Part shown: piece by piece, positions 28,705-38,963 of the stretch
How positions within the stretch are numbered: the first letter of the stretch is position 1
How the letters are laid out: every line of letters starts with the position of its first letter
IMG/VR virus record: IMGVR_UViG_3300035670_000148
Origin: an uncultured virus (IMG/VR IMGVR_UViG_3300035670_000148)
Taxonomy: Duplodnaviria > Heunggongvirae > Uroviricota > Caudoviricetes
Length of the DNA: 64,000 nucleotides
Strand: one strand, 5' to 3'
The notes under the pieces: generated by a model
What the model was told of the DNA's origin: nothing
Databases searched by the model: none
What the model saw: the letters and a program-made list of their open reading frames with translations, nothing else
Translations under genes and position numbers: made by a program

Positions 28705-29748
28705 ATGAGTTTAGACGCACAGATTGCACACCCATGTCCTCATCAGATAAGGTTTGAGTTAGTTGGGGTGTCGGGGGGTCGTGAGATAATCACGAGTTCC
28801 CCGATTTCGGGGATGGGTTTAATTGATTTAAGGGTAGATGGTGTGAGTGTGCCTTCTGAGGGATTGGTGAGGCGGGCTGAATGGGTATTAGGACAAGGTT
28901 CTCCCTACAAAGTGAGAGAGGGACAAGATACATTGTCTGTCTATCAGGATCATAACTTGGTAGTGACGGACAAGTTACCTTCGAGGATATATACTCAAGA
29001 AGAGATGAGAAGTTATTTAAGTGGGATATTAGGGCAGGGGTTTAGTGTGTCTTTGAGGGGTAAGTCTGTGGTGGTGGAGATGTTAGATGGGAGAGAGTTG
29101 AGGGTAGAGGGGAGTTTATTGAGAAGTTTGGGTCAGAGTTTTGAGGTGTATGTGACGAGAGAGAAAGTATTATTTCCTTCATGGAGACTTGTGAAGTTAG
29201 CGGGGTCTAGGGGGCATAAGGTTTTATTGAGTAAAAGTTATATTTCTGAGTCTATTTTGGACATGAGTTATACAACGGAGAAGTCATATTGTAGGAGGTG
29301 TGGTGGGACAGGGGTAGAGAACGATATATTATTTGATGAGTTTGGTTCGATGAAGCTAATAGGGGGTTATGATTTATTATATCAGAGGATAGCGAAGTGT
29401 TTATTGACGGAGTTAGGGTCGAATCCATACCATAGTTTTTATGGTTCAAATGCGATGACTTTAATAGGTCAGAAGGTGAGTGCAGGGGTAGTTATTTCTT
29501 TAAGGACTTCTGTGCAGAATGCGTTAGATACTTTGATTGATGTGCAGACCCAGCAGTCAAAGGTGCAAGAGATGAGCTTGGAAGAGAGGGTGAAGAGGGT
29601 AAGGTCAATAGATGTCTCTACGGTGGGTAATGATGAAACATCTTATTTGGTCAGGGTTTCGGTAGAGAGTTTTTCAATGCAACCTATAAGTGTGAATGTT
29701 TTATTCACAGTACCCGGTGCGTTCAATATGGATGGAGAACTAAGATGA
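28705..29748 (+). CDS. Baseplate wedge protein with C-terminal gp25/GpW-like domain
   Basis: 'GYDLLYQRIAKCLLTELGSNPYHSFYGS...ERVKRVRSIDV' is gp25-like; CxxC (CRRCGG) precedes it; upstream of the baseplate J gene. Confidence 0.75.
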   Translation: MSLDAQIAHPCPHQIRFELVGVSGGREIITSSPISGMGLIDLRVDGVSVPSEGLVRRAEWVLGQGSPYKVREGQDTLSVYQDHNLVVTDKLPSRIYTQEEMRSYLSGILGQGFSVSLRGKSVVVEMLDGRELRVEGSLLRSLGQSFEVYVTREKVLFPSWRLVKLAGSRGHKVLLSKSYISESILDMSYTTEKSYCRRCGGTGVENDILFDEFGSMKLIGGYDLLYQRIAKCLLTELGSNPYHSFYGSNAMTLIGQKVSAGVVISLRTSVQNALDTLIDVQTQQSKVQEMSLEERVKRVRSIDVSTVGNDETSYLVRVSVESFSMQPISVNVLFTVPGAFNMDGELR

Positions 29749-32700
29749 GCATAGAAATAATCGCACCTAGTGGTGAGGTATTTACGACACCCACGAGTTA
29801 TACGACTTCTTCACAGGATATATTTCTGAGGGGTCGTGTGTTGGGTGTGACCTCAATGAAGATAGGGTATGGGGGAGAAACATTTGATGGGGGCGACATA
29901 TATTTAGATGGGACGGGAGGCTTTATATTTCCAAATCCTTCTATTTATACGGAGGGTATAGGTTTATCGAAGGGTTTGAATGAGTTTAGAATAGAGGCGA
30001 CGGCGGGAGTAGCTTCATTTGGAGTAGTGTCAATTATATTGGTGGGCGAGGTATTAAACTTAGTAAGTCCACCGAGTGGTGTAGGGGTAAGAAGAACGAC
30101 TAATGCGGTTGAGGTTTATTTCCCTCATGTGGAAGGTGTTTCTTATTATAACTTGTATGCGAGCAGGTTTTCGGGAGGGGGTGCAAGTGGATATACGAGG
30201 GTGAACTTTGAGCCGATAGACCCGATTAAACATGGTGTGAGGAGAGAGGTTATTTCAGAGTATGGGAGTGTTTTTTCAGACATTTCTGTGATAGAGGGGA
30301 GTGTTTTATCTTTAGAGGTACAGGGGGTGCAGAAGGATACGGGGGTAGATGGTCAAGTGGATGTGGTAGGAGAGGTGGGAGTACCGAGCGGAGCGACTCG
30401 ATTAAGAGTGGAGTCCAAAGTGAGTGGTTTGTCTTTGGAGACAGAGGTTTCGTTCAAGCACAATCGTTTAGCGAGGGAGACTTCGATACCGAAGACGAAC
30501 TCAATAGGGGACTTTATAGTCTTATCTTCGAGTGAGCCACTTTACTATGTGGTGACATCGGTGAGTTTTGTGAATGGGGTGGAGGTTGAATCTGCTTATT
30601 CAGCGGAGGCTTCAGGAAAACCGATAGCGGTGAGTCCCTCTAGTGTTTCTCTTCCTGTAGTGACGAGAGACAACTTAGCGCAAGACATGGTGTATAATAT
30701 ACTGAGGGCGCAACCTGATGTGCAGGTACAGGCGGGGTCTGTGATACGAGATGTGTTCATAGACCCTGTAGTCTCAGAGTTTGAGAGGTCTAGGTTTTTA
30801 TTGGACTTTGCGTATCGGGCTTCTAGTTTTTTTGGTTTATTGCAGATAGATGACCCTAGAAATACGGGGGTTTCAGTTTCAGTAGCGAACTCAGCGTATA
30901 AGACGGCTTTGAAGGCGGCTTTATTTTTAGAGTCTGATACGGCAACGCAAGATTTAATAGATGGCGCGTTTGAGAAGTTAGCCTCGAACTTTGGGGTGAC
31001 CAGAAAGACGGGGTCTTATGCTGCGGGAGAGGTGGAGTTTTCGACTTCAAACACCCCAACTTTCACAATAAGCATAGCGCGCGGGACAATCTTAACAGGA
31101 GCCTCCGTCAGATTTTATACGACCAAAGATGTGACGATTCCTTTGGCTGATATTTCTAAGTACTACAATCCAACAACGAAGAAATACTCTGTGAGAGCGC
31201 CTATTTTAGCGCAGGAAGTGGGTCTTTCGGGCAACTTGACTTCGGGTCAGATAAATACAGGGGCACCTTTTGGATTATCGGTGACAAATCCAGCTCCAAC
31301 TTTCGGGGGTAATGGGGCTGAGACAAACTTGCAACTCGCAACGAGAGCTTTAGGGGTGTTATCTTCTGTAGATGTGGGAACGAAGGCAGGTTATGAGAGG
31401 GTTAGTCGAGCAATACCGGGGGTTATTGACTCTTTTGTAGTGGGTGCGGGTGATGCGCTCATGAAGAGAGACTTAGGGTTGGGCGGAAAGGTTGATATTT
31501 GGGTGAAGGGGGAGTCTTTATCAACATATACAGATGTCTTTGCCCCTAAGTTTAACACGCGATTTGGAAGTCGTTTTATTCCTGTGGGGGAGATAGGCTC
31601 TTATCGGTTTAGGGCATTAGACGCGACCCTAGAAAACCCTCTCTTTGAGATGATAAATCGAACAGATTTGTCTGTTCGATATGGTCTAAAAAAGACCACA
31701 TCGGGAGATGAGTTTTTTGATTTAACGGGATATGAAATAGAGGATTATAGGACTATTCGTTTAGATGCAGATATTGAGCAACCTACATATACTATAGCAG
31801 ATATTATCTTAGGAGATTGGAGAGAAGAGTTCTCTGAACAACTCGTTTTGTCTCAACAGCCTGTAAAAGAAATTATTTCTGTTGTTGATGAGAGTAATGC
31901 GGAGATACCTTATAGTTTTGTGAACGAGGCAAACCCCTTATTAGAAGGGTTTTCATCAAGAGAGGGAGGATACTTAGTTTTAGAGAACTTGAGTGGAGAT
32001 AAGATTAAGCAGGTTTTAGAGGAGAAACACACGATAATTGGTTTCTATGTGGAGATGTTGAATAAGAGAGGGGTGAATACTTTAACAATCTCCGTCAGTA
32101 GCTTGAAGGGGGTTGTGTACGCAGGTCCTTTTCAGACAAGTACTCCAGATTATATTATAATAGATGATGGGTTGGGGGAAATAGGGATTAAGAGAACTGA
32201 GGGTAGTTCTATTTTAGATGGAGAAGTGCTTTTGATTTCGTATGAGTATGTTGAGAACATTGTTGTTCGATACCGCTCAAATGCAATCTTAAAAACCGCA
32301 CAAGAGAGTCTAGACGCTCAGAAAAATATAGGGGCGGATGTCTTAGTGAAAGAAATAAGACCTTGTTCGGTGAGTGTTTCAGCGGTAGTTATTTTAGAGA
32401 GAGGTCAAGATGTAGTTCAGGTGGATACAGACTTAAGATTTGCTCTTTCGCGTTTCATTACATCTCAATCTATTGGGGGTGAAATAAGACCCTCAGAGAT
32501 TATTCGAGAAATAAATAATACGGCAGGAGTGAGCCATGTGCGATTGCCTTTAACTCGTATGAGTTTAAAGGAGGACAGCTTCCTTCTGAGGGAAGAAATA
32601 AATGTAGATGTAGGGAACTACAGGAGGGTAACGAGTCTTTCAAATGCGAACGCTTATGTGTGGGTGATAGACACTCGTCTATTAAATATGCCAAAAGACC

Positions 32701-33029
32701 TTGGGGGTATGAGAGCGCGGGTAGTAATAAAGAACGATAGGACTCAAGAAGAGACAGAGATGAGTTTGTTAGATGGGGTAGAGAGACTGAGCGCGTCTTA
32801 TTGGAAGAAGAACACCGCTTGTATTATAGGTTCTTTAGGTGTGGGTTTGATTCCAAATAGTGCGGCGAAAGTTGTTTTAGGTTTGCCGATTGGAGCTGAC
32901 CCTTCAGAATATGTTGTATATGTGGATTATGTCGTTGAGGATAAGATAGAGGTAGTCTCGGAAATCAAACTCAATGCCGTCAGTTATTTTGAGGTTGGAG
33001 ACTTATCTTTCACATATGAGGGTCTATAA
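29745..33029 (+). CDS. Baseplate J / gp6-like wedge protein
   Basis: 'AGSVIRDVFIDP', 'LASNFGVTRKTGSYAAGEVEF', 'AQEVGLSGNL', 'VTNPAPTFGGNGAETNLQLATRA', 'GKVDIWV'. Confidence 0.85.
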   Translation: MSIEIIAPSGEVFTTPTSYTTSSQDIFLRGRVLGVTSMKIGYGGETFDGGDIYLDGTGGFIFPNPSIYTEGIGLSKGLNEFRIEATAGVASFGVVSIILVGEVLNLVSPPSGVGVRRTTNAVEVYFPHVEGVSYYNLYASRFSGGGASGYTRVNFEPIDPIKHGVRREVISEYGSVFSDISVIEGSVLSLEVQGVQKDTGVDGQVDVVGEVGVPSGATRLRVESKVSGLSLETEVSFKHNRLARETSIPKTNSIGDFIVLSSSEPLYYVVTSVSFVNGVEVESAYSAEASGKPIAVSPSSVSLPVVTRDNLAQDMVYNILRAQPDVQVQAGSVIRDVFIDPVVSEFERSRFLLDFAYRASSFFGLLQIDDPRNTGVSVSVANSAYKTALKAALFLESDTATQDLIDGAFEKLASNFGVTRKTGSYAAGEVEFSTSNTPTFTISIARGTILTGASVRFYTTKDVTIPLADISKYYNPTTKKYSVRAPILAQEVGLSGNLTSGQINTGAPFGLSVTNPAPTFGGNGAETNLQLATRALGVLSSVDVGTKAGYERVSRAIPGVIDSFVVGAGDALMKRDLGLGGKVDIWVKGESLSTYTDVFAPKFNTRFGSRFIPVGEIGSYRFRALDATLENPLFEMINRTDLSVRYGLKKTTSGDEFFDLTGYEIEDYRTIRLDADIEQPTYTIADIILGDWREEFSEQLVLSQQPVKEIISVVDESNAEIPYSFVNEANPLLEGFSSREGGYLVLENLSGDKIKQVLEEKHTIIGFYVEMLNKRGVNTLTISVSSLKGVVYAGPFQTSTPDYIIIDDGLGEIGIKRTEGSSILDGEVLLISYEYVENIVVRYRSNAILKTAQESLDAQKNIGADVLVKEIRPCSVSVSAVVILERGQDVVQVDTDLRFALSRFITSQSIGGEIRPSEIIREINNTAGVSHVRLPLTRMSLKEDSFLLREEINVDVGNYRRVTSLSNANAYVWVIDTRLLNMPKDLGGMRARVVIKNDRTQEETEMSLLDGVERLSASYWKKNTACIIGSLGVGLIPNSAAKVVLGLPIGADPSEYVVYVDYVVEDKIEVVSEIKLNAVSYFEVGDLSFTYEGL

Positions 33030-36000
33030 TGACATTACCCTATGACCTAAGAAATACAAGAGACCCTCTAGGCGCGGCGACTACTCGCAAGAGGAGACTA
33101 TTAGAGCTTGTTAAACAAGAAGTTGTGTCCTCTATGGCAGAGGGGACAGCCTCAAACTATTACACAAAACAATACGGTTCAAACCACCGCATTTTTTATG
33201 AGGGTGTCGCAGGAATTGTAGGGGCGCTCTTAATAGAGAGCATTGAGCTATCAGACGACTCTCAGTTTTCAAAAGTACGTTCTGAGTTTCTAGGTCGAAA
33301 AGTCTTAGACCATGTGTTTGTAGAGGAAGCCGATATACCTCTAGTAGCCTCTGAAGAAGCACTCAAGAGCCTGCTAGTTTCCACGATACTGACTCTACTA
33401 AATGGCTCTAAGGAAGAGGGTATTTTACAGCTACTCTCTCAGGTTGTTGAGGAAGCCTCAATTGAGGTGACTCAGATAGACAATCACTTGATAGGCTTAC
33501 TCATTAAATCTTTTGTGTTCACCTCAGAGGAAGCTGGACACAAACACCTAGTAGTAGAGAGTAAAGCACAAGGACTGACATCTACCACAAGTCCAATCTC
33601 ATGGTCGTGGGGAGATGACCTTCACCAACATGATATTATTGATGGGGTGGTTCAAGAGGCTCAAGGACATACACATACGATTCAGTTTCAAGTCCCACAA
33701 GATGTGGTGACAATACAGCAGAATATTCTTAAACTTTTAGCTGTCACGAAGCCTGCTCATATTAAAATAGGGCGAGTGTCAAACCTAGCCTCTGAGTCCA
33801 TAACAAAACCCTCAGAAAATTCTGTCACATATTCTCGCTCGGAGGAGGGTTTTCAAGAAAGTCTCTCTGAAGAGGGAGGCTTAGTGTTTTCTCTAGGTGC
33901 TTCCTTCCAAGAAAACATGAGAAGGTCGCGTCAAGGAGTCTATGAGAAAATCATCTTAGGCTATGCAAAAGGAAGGAAAATCCGCTTTCGCTCAACCCTC
34001 TTAGAAATAAGAGATAGAGTTAGAACTTCTGTGATTAGGCGAGTGACTTCATATGTAGAAGTCACCCCCACAGATGGAGAATATGAATTTTATTTCTTGA
34101 GGCTGGGAGAGACTAGAACTTATACAATATCAAATCAACGGATAGAGGAGACAGATCGCTTTTTTGGAGATGGTGAAATAGTCGTTCTAAGTCAAGGGGG
34201 GGTTGAGAAGGGCGCTTATTTCTTAGAGATATTGAGTCGGACGATTTGTAGGGTGAGCGCGTATGAGGCTACTTTTGATGCGGTTTCCTCTGAGACAGGG
34301 CTAGTTGAGTGTGAGCTTTTAGAGTACTCTTGGAATAATCGCACTCCTAAATATCGAGAGATATATGGAGTTGTAGAGTCTCAAGAAGGGACGACCTCTA
34401 CCTTCAAGCTAAATGCACCTATTCAGAAGGTCTATCAAGGACTACCCCTTCTGAAAAGTATGCTTATTTCTATAGATGAATATGAGCTAGTTTCTTATGA
34501 CGCAATATCAAATACCCTTGTCGTGTCTGCTGTTCTCGCAGTAGGGGAGAGTGCTTTATTTCGAGTTCCTTTTGGTGAGGGTGATATATTTAATTTTTCT
34601 GAGCTTAATAACACAGCGTTTGTGTTGAATAACTTCAGGTCTGTTTATTCACACCCCAATCTTTCGGGCAGAGGTTCTTCAACTCATACATATAGAAGGA
34701 ATGTCGCATTAGCCGATAAGCCCGCTAATGGTCTTTATCCTGTGAGTCAGATAAAACCTCTTATAAAGCAAGAGAGTTCCCTAGAAACGAGTATTTCTCA
34801 AGGAGGCTCTCTAAATGAGGCAGGCTTTACTCTGGGGGGTAAGCTAAGACTCAATCAGTCTCTTCCTATTGCGCCTCTGCCTCGTCTTAATATTAAAGAC
34901 TACGCGATTGGTGTGTCTCTCATACAAGACCATAAAACCCCTCTCCATACTTTTGGCTTCCTCCCCTCTCAGATTATTTCTATCGTTGATTTGACGACCA
35001 ATCTCGAACTCACTTTTTCCCTACGAGACAATGTCTTATATTTCTCAGAGGAAATACCCGATGGGAGACAAATCAGACTAACAGGGATTTCAGAACAACC
35101 CTTAGGGAAGCAGAAAACATGGGCGCGTAGTGAATCCACTCTTAGTGAAGGGCAAGTCTCTTTTTACTCTCCCATAGACGCATCCACGTATGTGTCCTCA
35201 GTAGAAAAAGTAATGTCCAACCCACAAGGAAGGAAGTTGTTATCTACTGATGTTGATGAGCCACGTAAAAATTCATATCAGAGAAATGTAACTACAACAG
35301 GGCAACTTGGAGAGGAAGTCTTCGCAGAGGATGACCTGTTAAGTCTCAATATTGAATCAGTACCCTTCATTATGGATATTGAGATTTTGACCAAGTCTCG
35401 TGAACCATATAAGACAGGGTTAATCTTAAATGACACTCGTTCTAAGCTCGGTTCTCGCATCGCCTTAAACTTCTCTCGAAATGTCCTTCTTGAAAGCGTT
35501 TTCATCCGCCAAATCGGAGAAGATGTAGATAATCTTACTGATACCATCCCAACTATCTCTGATGATGTCCTCACAGCACAGGGTATCGGTGTCCTTGAAA
35601 CCCTCTCTCTTATTTCTGATGATGTCTCCACATCACTTACGCTAGTTTCTATTTCTTTGACAGATATACTCAATCCCTTCTCTGATGTTATTTCTACAAG
35701 TCTTTTGCTCTACCCTAGCAATATCGTTGAAACCCTCCCGCTTATTTCTGACGATGTTTCTATCTCTCAAACTCAATCAGCCAGCTTATTAGACAACTTA
35801 TTTCTCAGCGATGAGGTTTCGACCTCCCTCTCCTTTACTCCTATTGGTGAAGCAGACTCTATCACCCTCTCTGATGACATGACTTATTTCTACACCCTCT
35901 CAGAAATAAGTTTGGGAGATAGTGTGGGAGTGAGTGATGAAGTACAGACAACCATGACTTTCTCACCTATCTTGGTGAGTGACTCAATGAGCTTGACGGA

Positions 36001-38089
36001 TAATGTCGGGGTTGTTATTTCTGAACAGATTAATGTACAAGATACGATAGGTCTTATTTCTGATGAAGCATTAGGGGTGCTTTCTAGTTTAAGTCTCTTA
36101 GATGAACTTAATTTTATTTCTGATGAAATATCTCTGAATGAATCTAGGGTCGTTTCTGATAGCTTACTTGGTTTAACAGATGATGTAGTCGCGTCCTTCT
36201 CATATTTAGGTGTAGAAATAACAGACACGATGGGTCTTATTTCTGATGATGCTAATACACCGCCTAAAGTAGTAGACTCAGTAGGGGCTGTTTCTGATTC
36301 TGTTGAAGTCACACTCTCTCTAAACCCTCTTATTGAATCTGACAACTTCTCACCAATAACAGATGAAGTCACTCTTCTACAAAACAGAGGAGTCTCCGTA
36401 CAAGACACTCTCCCTATTATTTCTGAACACTTGATGACTGATTTATTTCTCACACCTAGTGGAGTGAGTGATACTTTATTGCCTTTCACAGATGAAGTCT
36501 CATTGGTGCAACATATTTCTGTGAGTGTAGAGGATACCTTCACAGCTCTACTAGATGAGGTCAGTAAAGAACAGGCATTATCTATAACTATGTCAGATAG
36601 TGTTGGAATTATTAGCGATGTTATGACAGCAGACTTACTACTAGGTGGTGTTGATGTAGTAGACTCGTTAAATGTTATTTCTGACGAAGTTTCTGTGGCT
36701 GTTGATTTAGGGGGATTAGCTACGGGAGACACGCTTGTTTTGATTACGGATTCAGTAGAAATTTCTTTGAGTTACGCAGCAGTTTTGGTTGAGGATTCGA
36801 TGTCCTCAATTTCTGATGTAGTTTCTATTTCTTATGTGAACTTAGGGTTAGGATTGACGGATACGCTTTCAAGTATCAATGATGAGGTGTCTATATTATT
36901 GAATATGGAAGGGGTTTTGGAGTCTGATGTCTTAGCTCAGATAACAGATGCAGTAGAGACAAACTTAATACTTCAAGCAACGGAGTCTTTACCGGACATA
37001 ACAGATGAGGTGAGTTATCTGAGTCATGTGACGACAGATATTTCTGATGTGATGGGTGTGATAACAGACGATGCGGAAGGCACTTTTAATGCGCCTGCAA
37101 ACTTCACCTTATTTGCAGCGTTGTTAGCGAATAACAAGACAACGACTGACGCGGAGAGATTTATCATTTATACGCAAGACGATTATTTTGCGAGAAGAGG
37201 GTCTTCAACACCTACTTTATTCTCATCTTTTCCAACTTCGACTATCCATGCTGATTCAAATTCAGCCACTTTCTTAACCAACACAGACACGAGAAGGGGT
37301 TTTATTAAGACTCTTATACAGCCTTATACAAACACGACCCCTCCGAGTGCGAATATCAGTTGGGGTTTGCAGGGGAACAGCACAACTGATGGCGAGTTGA
37401 TGCCGAATATTGATTATTTTATAGTGGCTAGGACGCTTTATGACGACACCGCGAGTGATGTGTCTCTCGCTTGGCAGACGGGAGCTGACGGATCAAATAC
37501 TACTACTATCATGGGAGCGAGTCCTTCTTATAATCAGCTATATCCTACTACTACTAATTTAGGTAACAAATACTTCAAACATACTCTTAGCGTCTCTGAC
37601 ACAGGTGTTGTGTCTTTCACCCAAGATACGACAGCAAAGAACTTTGCTTATACCTCTACAACTCGTCTTTATTTCTTCGTGCAGAACTTAGATGGAGGGC
37701 TAGGTGCGGCAGCCTCTGTTAACTCATCTATAAGAGTTACGACAGCTGCGGATTCCTTCATAACTCCGACTATCCATGTGGGGTCGGAAGTTTCGACTGT
37801 GTCGGGGACTGCGACTTTTGTGAAGTCCAACATAACCAATCCGAATAATGACGCACAGGTCAGTTGGGCATTAACTCCTATGACAAGCTATAAGATTATT
37901 CTTAATAGAGATGCCGCAGTAGATATGAAGATATTCATATTGCCGTATGCAAACACTACGCCCTACCCATATAACACGCTTTATTCTTCTGCGGATACTT
38001 TGGACTACAGAGGGTTTGACAACTCAAAGCTCGGTTTGACCTTCTACTTGCAGATATTGGAAGATGGTACCATCTTAATCACAAACTGA
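33029..38089 (+). CDS. Baseplate wedge (gpI/gp7-like N-terminus) fused to an acidic repeat stalk and a C-terminal beta-rich domain
   Basis: Follows baseplate J; 'LLAVTKPAHIKI' motif typical of gpI/gp7-like wedge subunits; long D-x(5,6)-[ST]D repeat region; Thr/Asn-rich C-terminal domain. Confidence 0.65.
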   Translation: MTLPYDLRNTRDPLGAATTRKRRLLELVKQEVVSSMAEGTASNYYTKQYGSNHRIFYEGVAGIVGALLIESIELSDDSQFSKVRSEFLGRKVLDHVFVEEADIPLVASEEALKSLLVSTILTLLNGSKEEGILQLLSQVVEEASIEVTQIDNHLIGLLIKSFVFTSEEAGHKHLVVESKAQGLTSTTSPISWSWGDDLHQHDIIDGVVQEAQGHTHTIQFQVPQDVVTIQQNILKLLAVTKPAHIKIGRVSNLASESITKPSENSVTYSRSEEGFQESLSEEGGLVFSLGASFQENMRRSRQGVYEKIILGYAKGRKIRFRSTLLEIRDRVRTSVIRRVTSYVEVTPTDGEYEFYFLRLGETRTYTISNQRIEETDRFFGDGEIVVLSQGGVEKGAYFLEILSRTICRVSAYEATFDAVSSETGLVECELLEYSWNNRTPKYREIYGVVESQEGTTSTFKLNAPIQKVYQGLPLLKSMLISIDEYELVSYDAISNTLVVSAVLAVGESALFRVPFGEGDIFNFSELNNTAFVLNNFRSVYSHPNLSGRGSSTHTYRRNVALADKPANGLYPVSQIKPLIKQESSLETSISQGGSLNEAGFTLGGKLRLNQSLPIAPLPRLNIKDYAIGVSLIQDHKTPLHTFGFLPSQIISIVDLTTNLELTFSLRDNVLYFSEEIPDGRQIRLTGISEQPLGKQKTWARSESTLSEGQVSFYSPIDASTYVSSVEKVMSNPQGRKLLSTDVDEPRKNSYQRNVTTTGQLGEEVFAEDDLLSLNIESVPFIMDIEILTKSREPYKTGLILNDTRSKLGSRIALNFSRNVLLESVFIRQIGEDVDNLTDTIPTISDDVLTAQGIGVLETLSLISDDVSTSLTLVSISLTDILNPFSDVISTSLLLYPSNIVETLPLISDDVSISQTQSASLLDNLFLSDEVSTSLSFTPIGEADSITLSDDMTYFYTLSEISLGDSVGVSDEVQTTMTFSPILVSDSMSLTDNVGVVISEQINVQDTIGLISDEALGVLSSLSLLDELNFISDEISLNESRVVSDSLLGLTDDVVASFSYLGVEITDTMGLISDDANTPPKVVDSVGAVSDSVEVTLSLNPLIESDNFSPITDEVTLLQNRGVSVQDTLPIISEHLMTDLFLTPSGVSDTLLPFTDEVSLVQHISVSVEDTFTALLDEVSKEQALSITMSDSVGIISDVMTADLLLGGVDVVDSLNVISDEVSVAVDLGGLATGDTLVLITDSVEISLSYAAVLVEDSMSSISDVVSISYVNLGLGLTDTLSSINDEVSILLNMEGVLESDVLAQITDAVETNLILQATESLPDITDEVSYLSHVTTDISDVMGVITDDAEGTFNAPANFTLFAALLANNKTTTDAERFIIYTQDDYFARRGSSTPTLFSSFPTSTIHADSNSATFLTNTDTRRGFIKTLIQPYTNTTPPSANISWGLQGNSTTDGELMPNIDYFIVARTLYDDTASDVSLAWQTGADGSNTTTIMGASPSYNQLYPTTTNLGNKYFKHTLSVSDTGVVSFTQDTTAKNFAYTSTTRLYFFVQNLDGGLGAAASVNSSIRVTTAADSFITPTIHVGSEVSTVSGTATFVKSNITNPNNDAQVSWALTPMTSYKIILNRDAAVDMKIFILPYANTTPYPYNTLYSSADTLDYRGFDNSKLGLTFYLQILEDGTILITN
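35534..37080 (+). repeat. About 25 degenerate ~20-aa protein repeats (D[TS]hxxhSDEV)
   Basis: TDTIPTISDDV, LETLSLISDDV, VETLPLISDDV, QDTIGLISDEA ... SDVMGVITDDA, counted by eye. Confidence 0.85.
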
Positions 38090-38157
38090 AGTTCTCTCGG
38101 TATCTTATTAAATCATTTATGGACACAAAGTAACATATTCTCTGAAAGGAAATACCT

Positions 38158-38889
38158 ATGAAGATCAAGGGTCATGTAGTTGCTACGCTTAAGGATAGGA
38201 ATGGGAAAGTCGTGCAGGTCGTCGAGGGGCCTAACGCAGTCGTAGAAATGTCGAATAACATCTTGATGGATGCGATTTATCCTCGTCTATTAGATACAGA
38301 TGGGACGACTTTGATTGCGGCTGCTAATAGACCTGAGAATACAAACATGACCGATAACACAACCTTCCCCACAGGGGCGAATGTGATTGGTCCTGCGGCA
38401 CTTGGAGGTGCTTCTCGTCAGGTCTTCGCCTATAATCAGATTGCTTATCTTGCGGTGGGTTCAAATGTCGGTACAGACAGCGCGGGTAATGCCCATCTGA
38501 TTGCAGACCAAAATAACGATGTGGGTGCCCCTGCCGAGCAGGTTTCGATGGTTGATTCAAACTTCATCGCGAACATTGACAATGTGGCAGGTGTTGATAC
38601 AGAGGTCTTTGTGCGTAAGATTGACGCTGTGACTTTCCCAGCTGCGAATCAAATGCGTTTTACAACCACATTTGACACGACTGAAGGAAACATCACCAAT
38701 GGTATTGCTGAGATTGGTCTTTGGACTCTTGGCAATAATGGGGATACCGATGGATATGTGACGACCACTACACAGCCTACGACTTCTGTGGGTATGCGTT
38801 TATTTGCGCGCAAGGTGTTGGCGAACACGATTTCTAAGAGTGACGATGGCACTTTGGATATTACTTATACTCTGACTTTTGGTGCTTAA
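38158..38889 (+). CDS. Tail fibre attachment / collar-type structural protein
   Basis: 'IAYLAVG', 'FTTTF...EGN..GIAEIGLW...LFARKVL..ISK..DGTLDITYTLTF' resembles myophage fibre-base proteins; paralog of the next ORF. Confidence 0.55.
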   Translation: MKIKGHVVATLKDRNGKVVQVVEGPNAVVEMSNNILMDAIYPRLLDTDGTTLIAAANRPENTNMTDNTTFPTGANVIGPAALGGASRQVFAYNQIAYLAVGSNVGTDSAGNAHLIADQNNDVGAPAEQVSMVDSNFIANIDNVAGVDTEVFVRKIDAVTFPAANQMRFTTTFDTTEGNITNGIAEIGLWTLGNNGDTDGYVTTTTQPTTSVGMRLFARKVLANTISKSDDGTLDITYTLTFGA

Positions 38890-38902
38890 CTAATAGTCGT
38901 TC

Positions 38903-38963
38903 TATTTACTCCGATTTCTGATTTGTAGGTATCATTCATACAAATCAGAAATCGGAGTAAATA
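38903..38963. promoter_or_regulatory. Perfect 25-bp inverted repeat (11-nt loop) covering the SD and start of 38963..39592
   Basis: TATTTACTCCGATTTCTGATTTGTA (38903-38927) / TACAAATCAGAAATCGGAGTAAATA (38939-38963). Confidence 0.9.
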
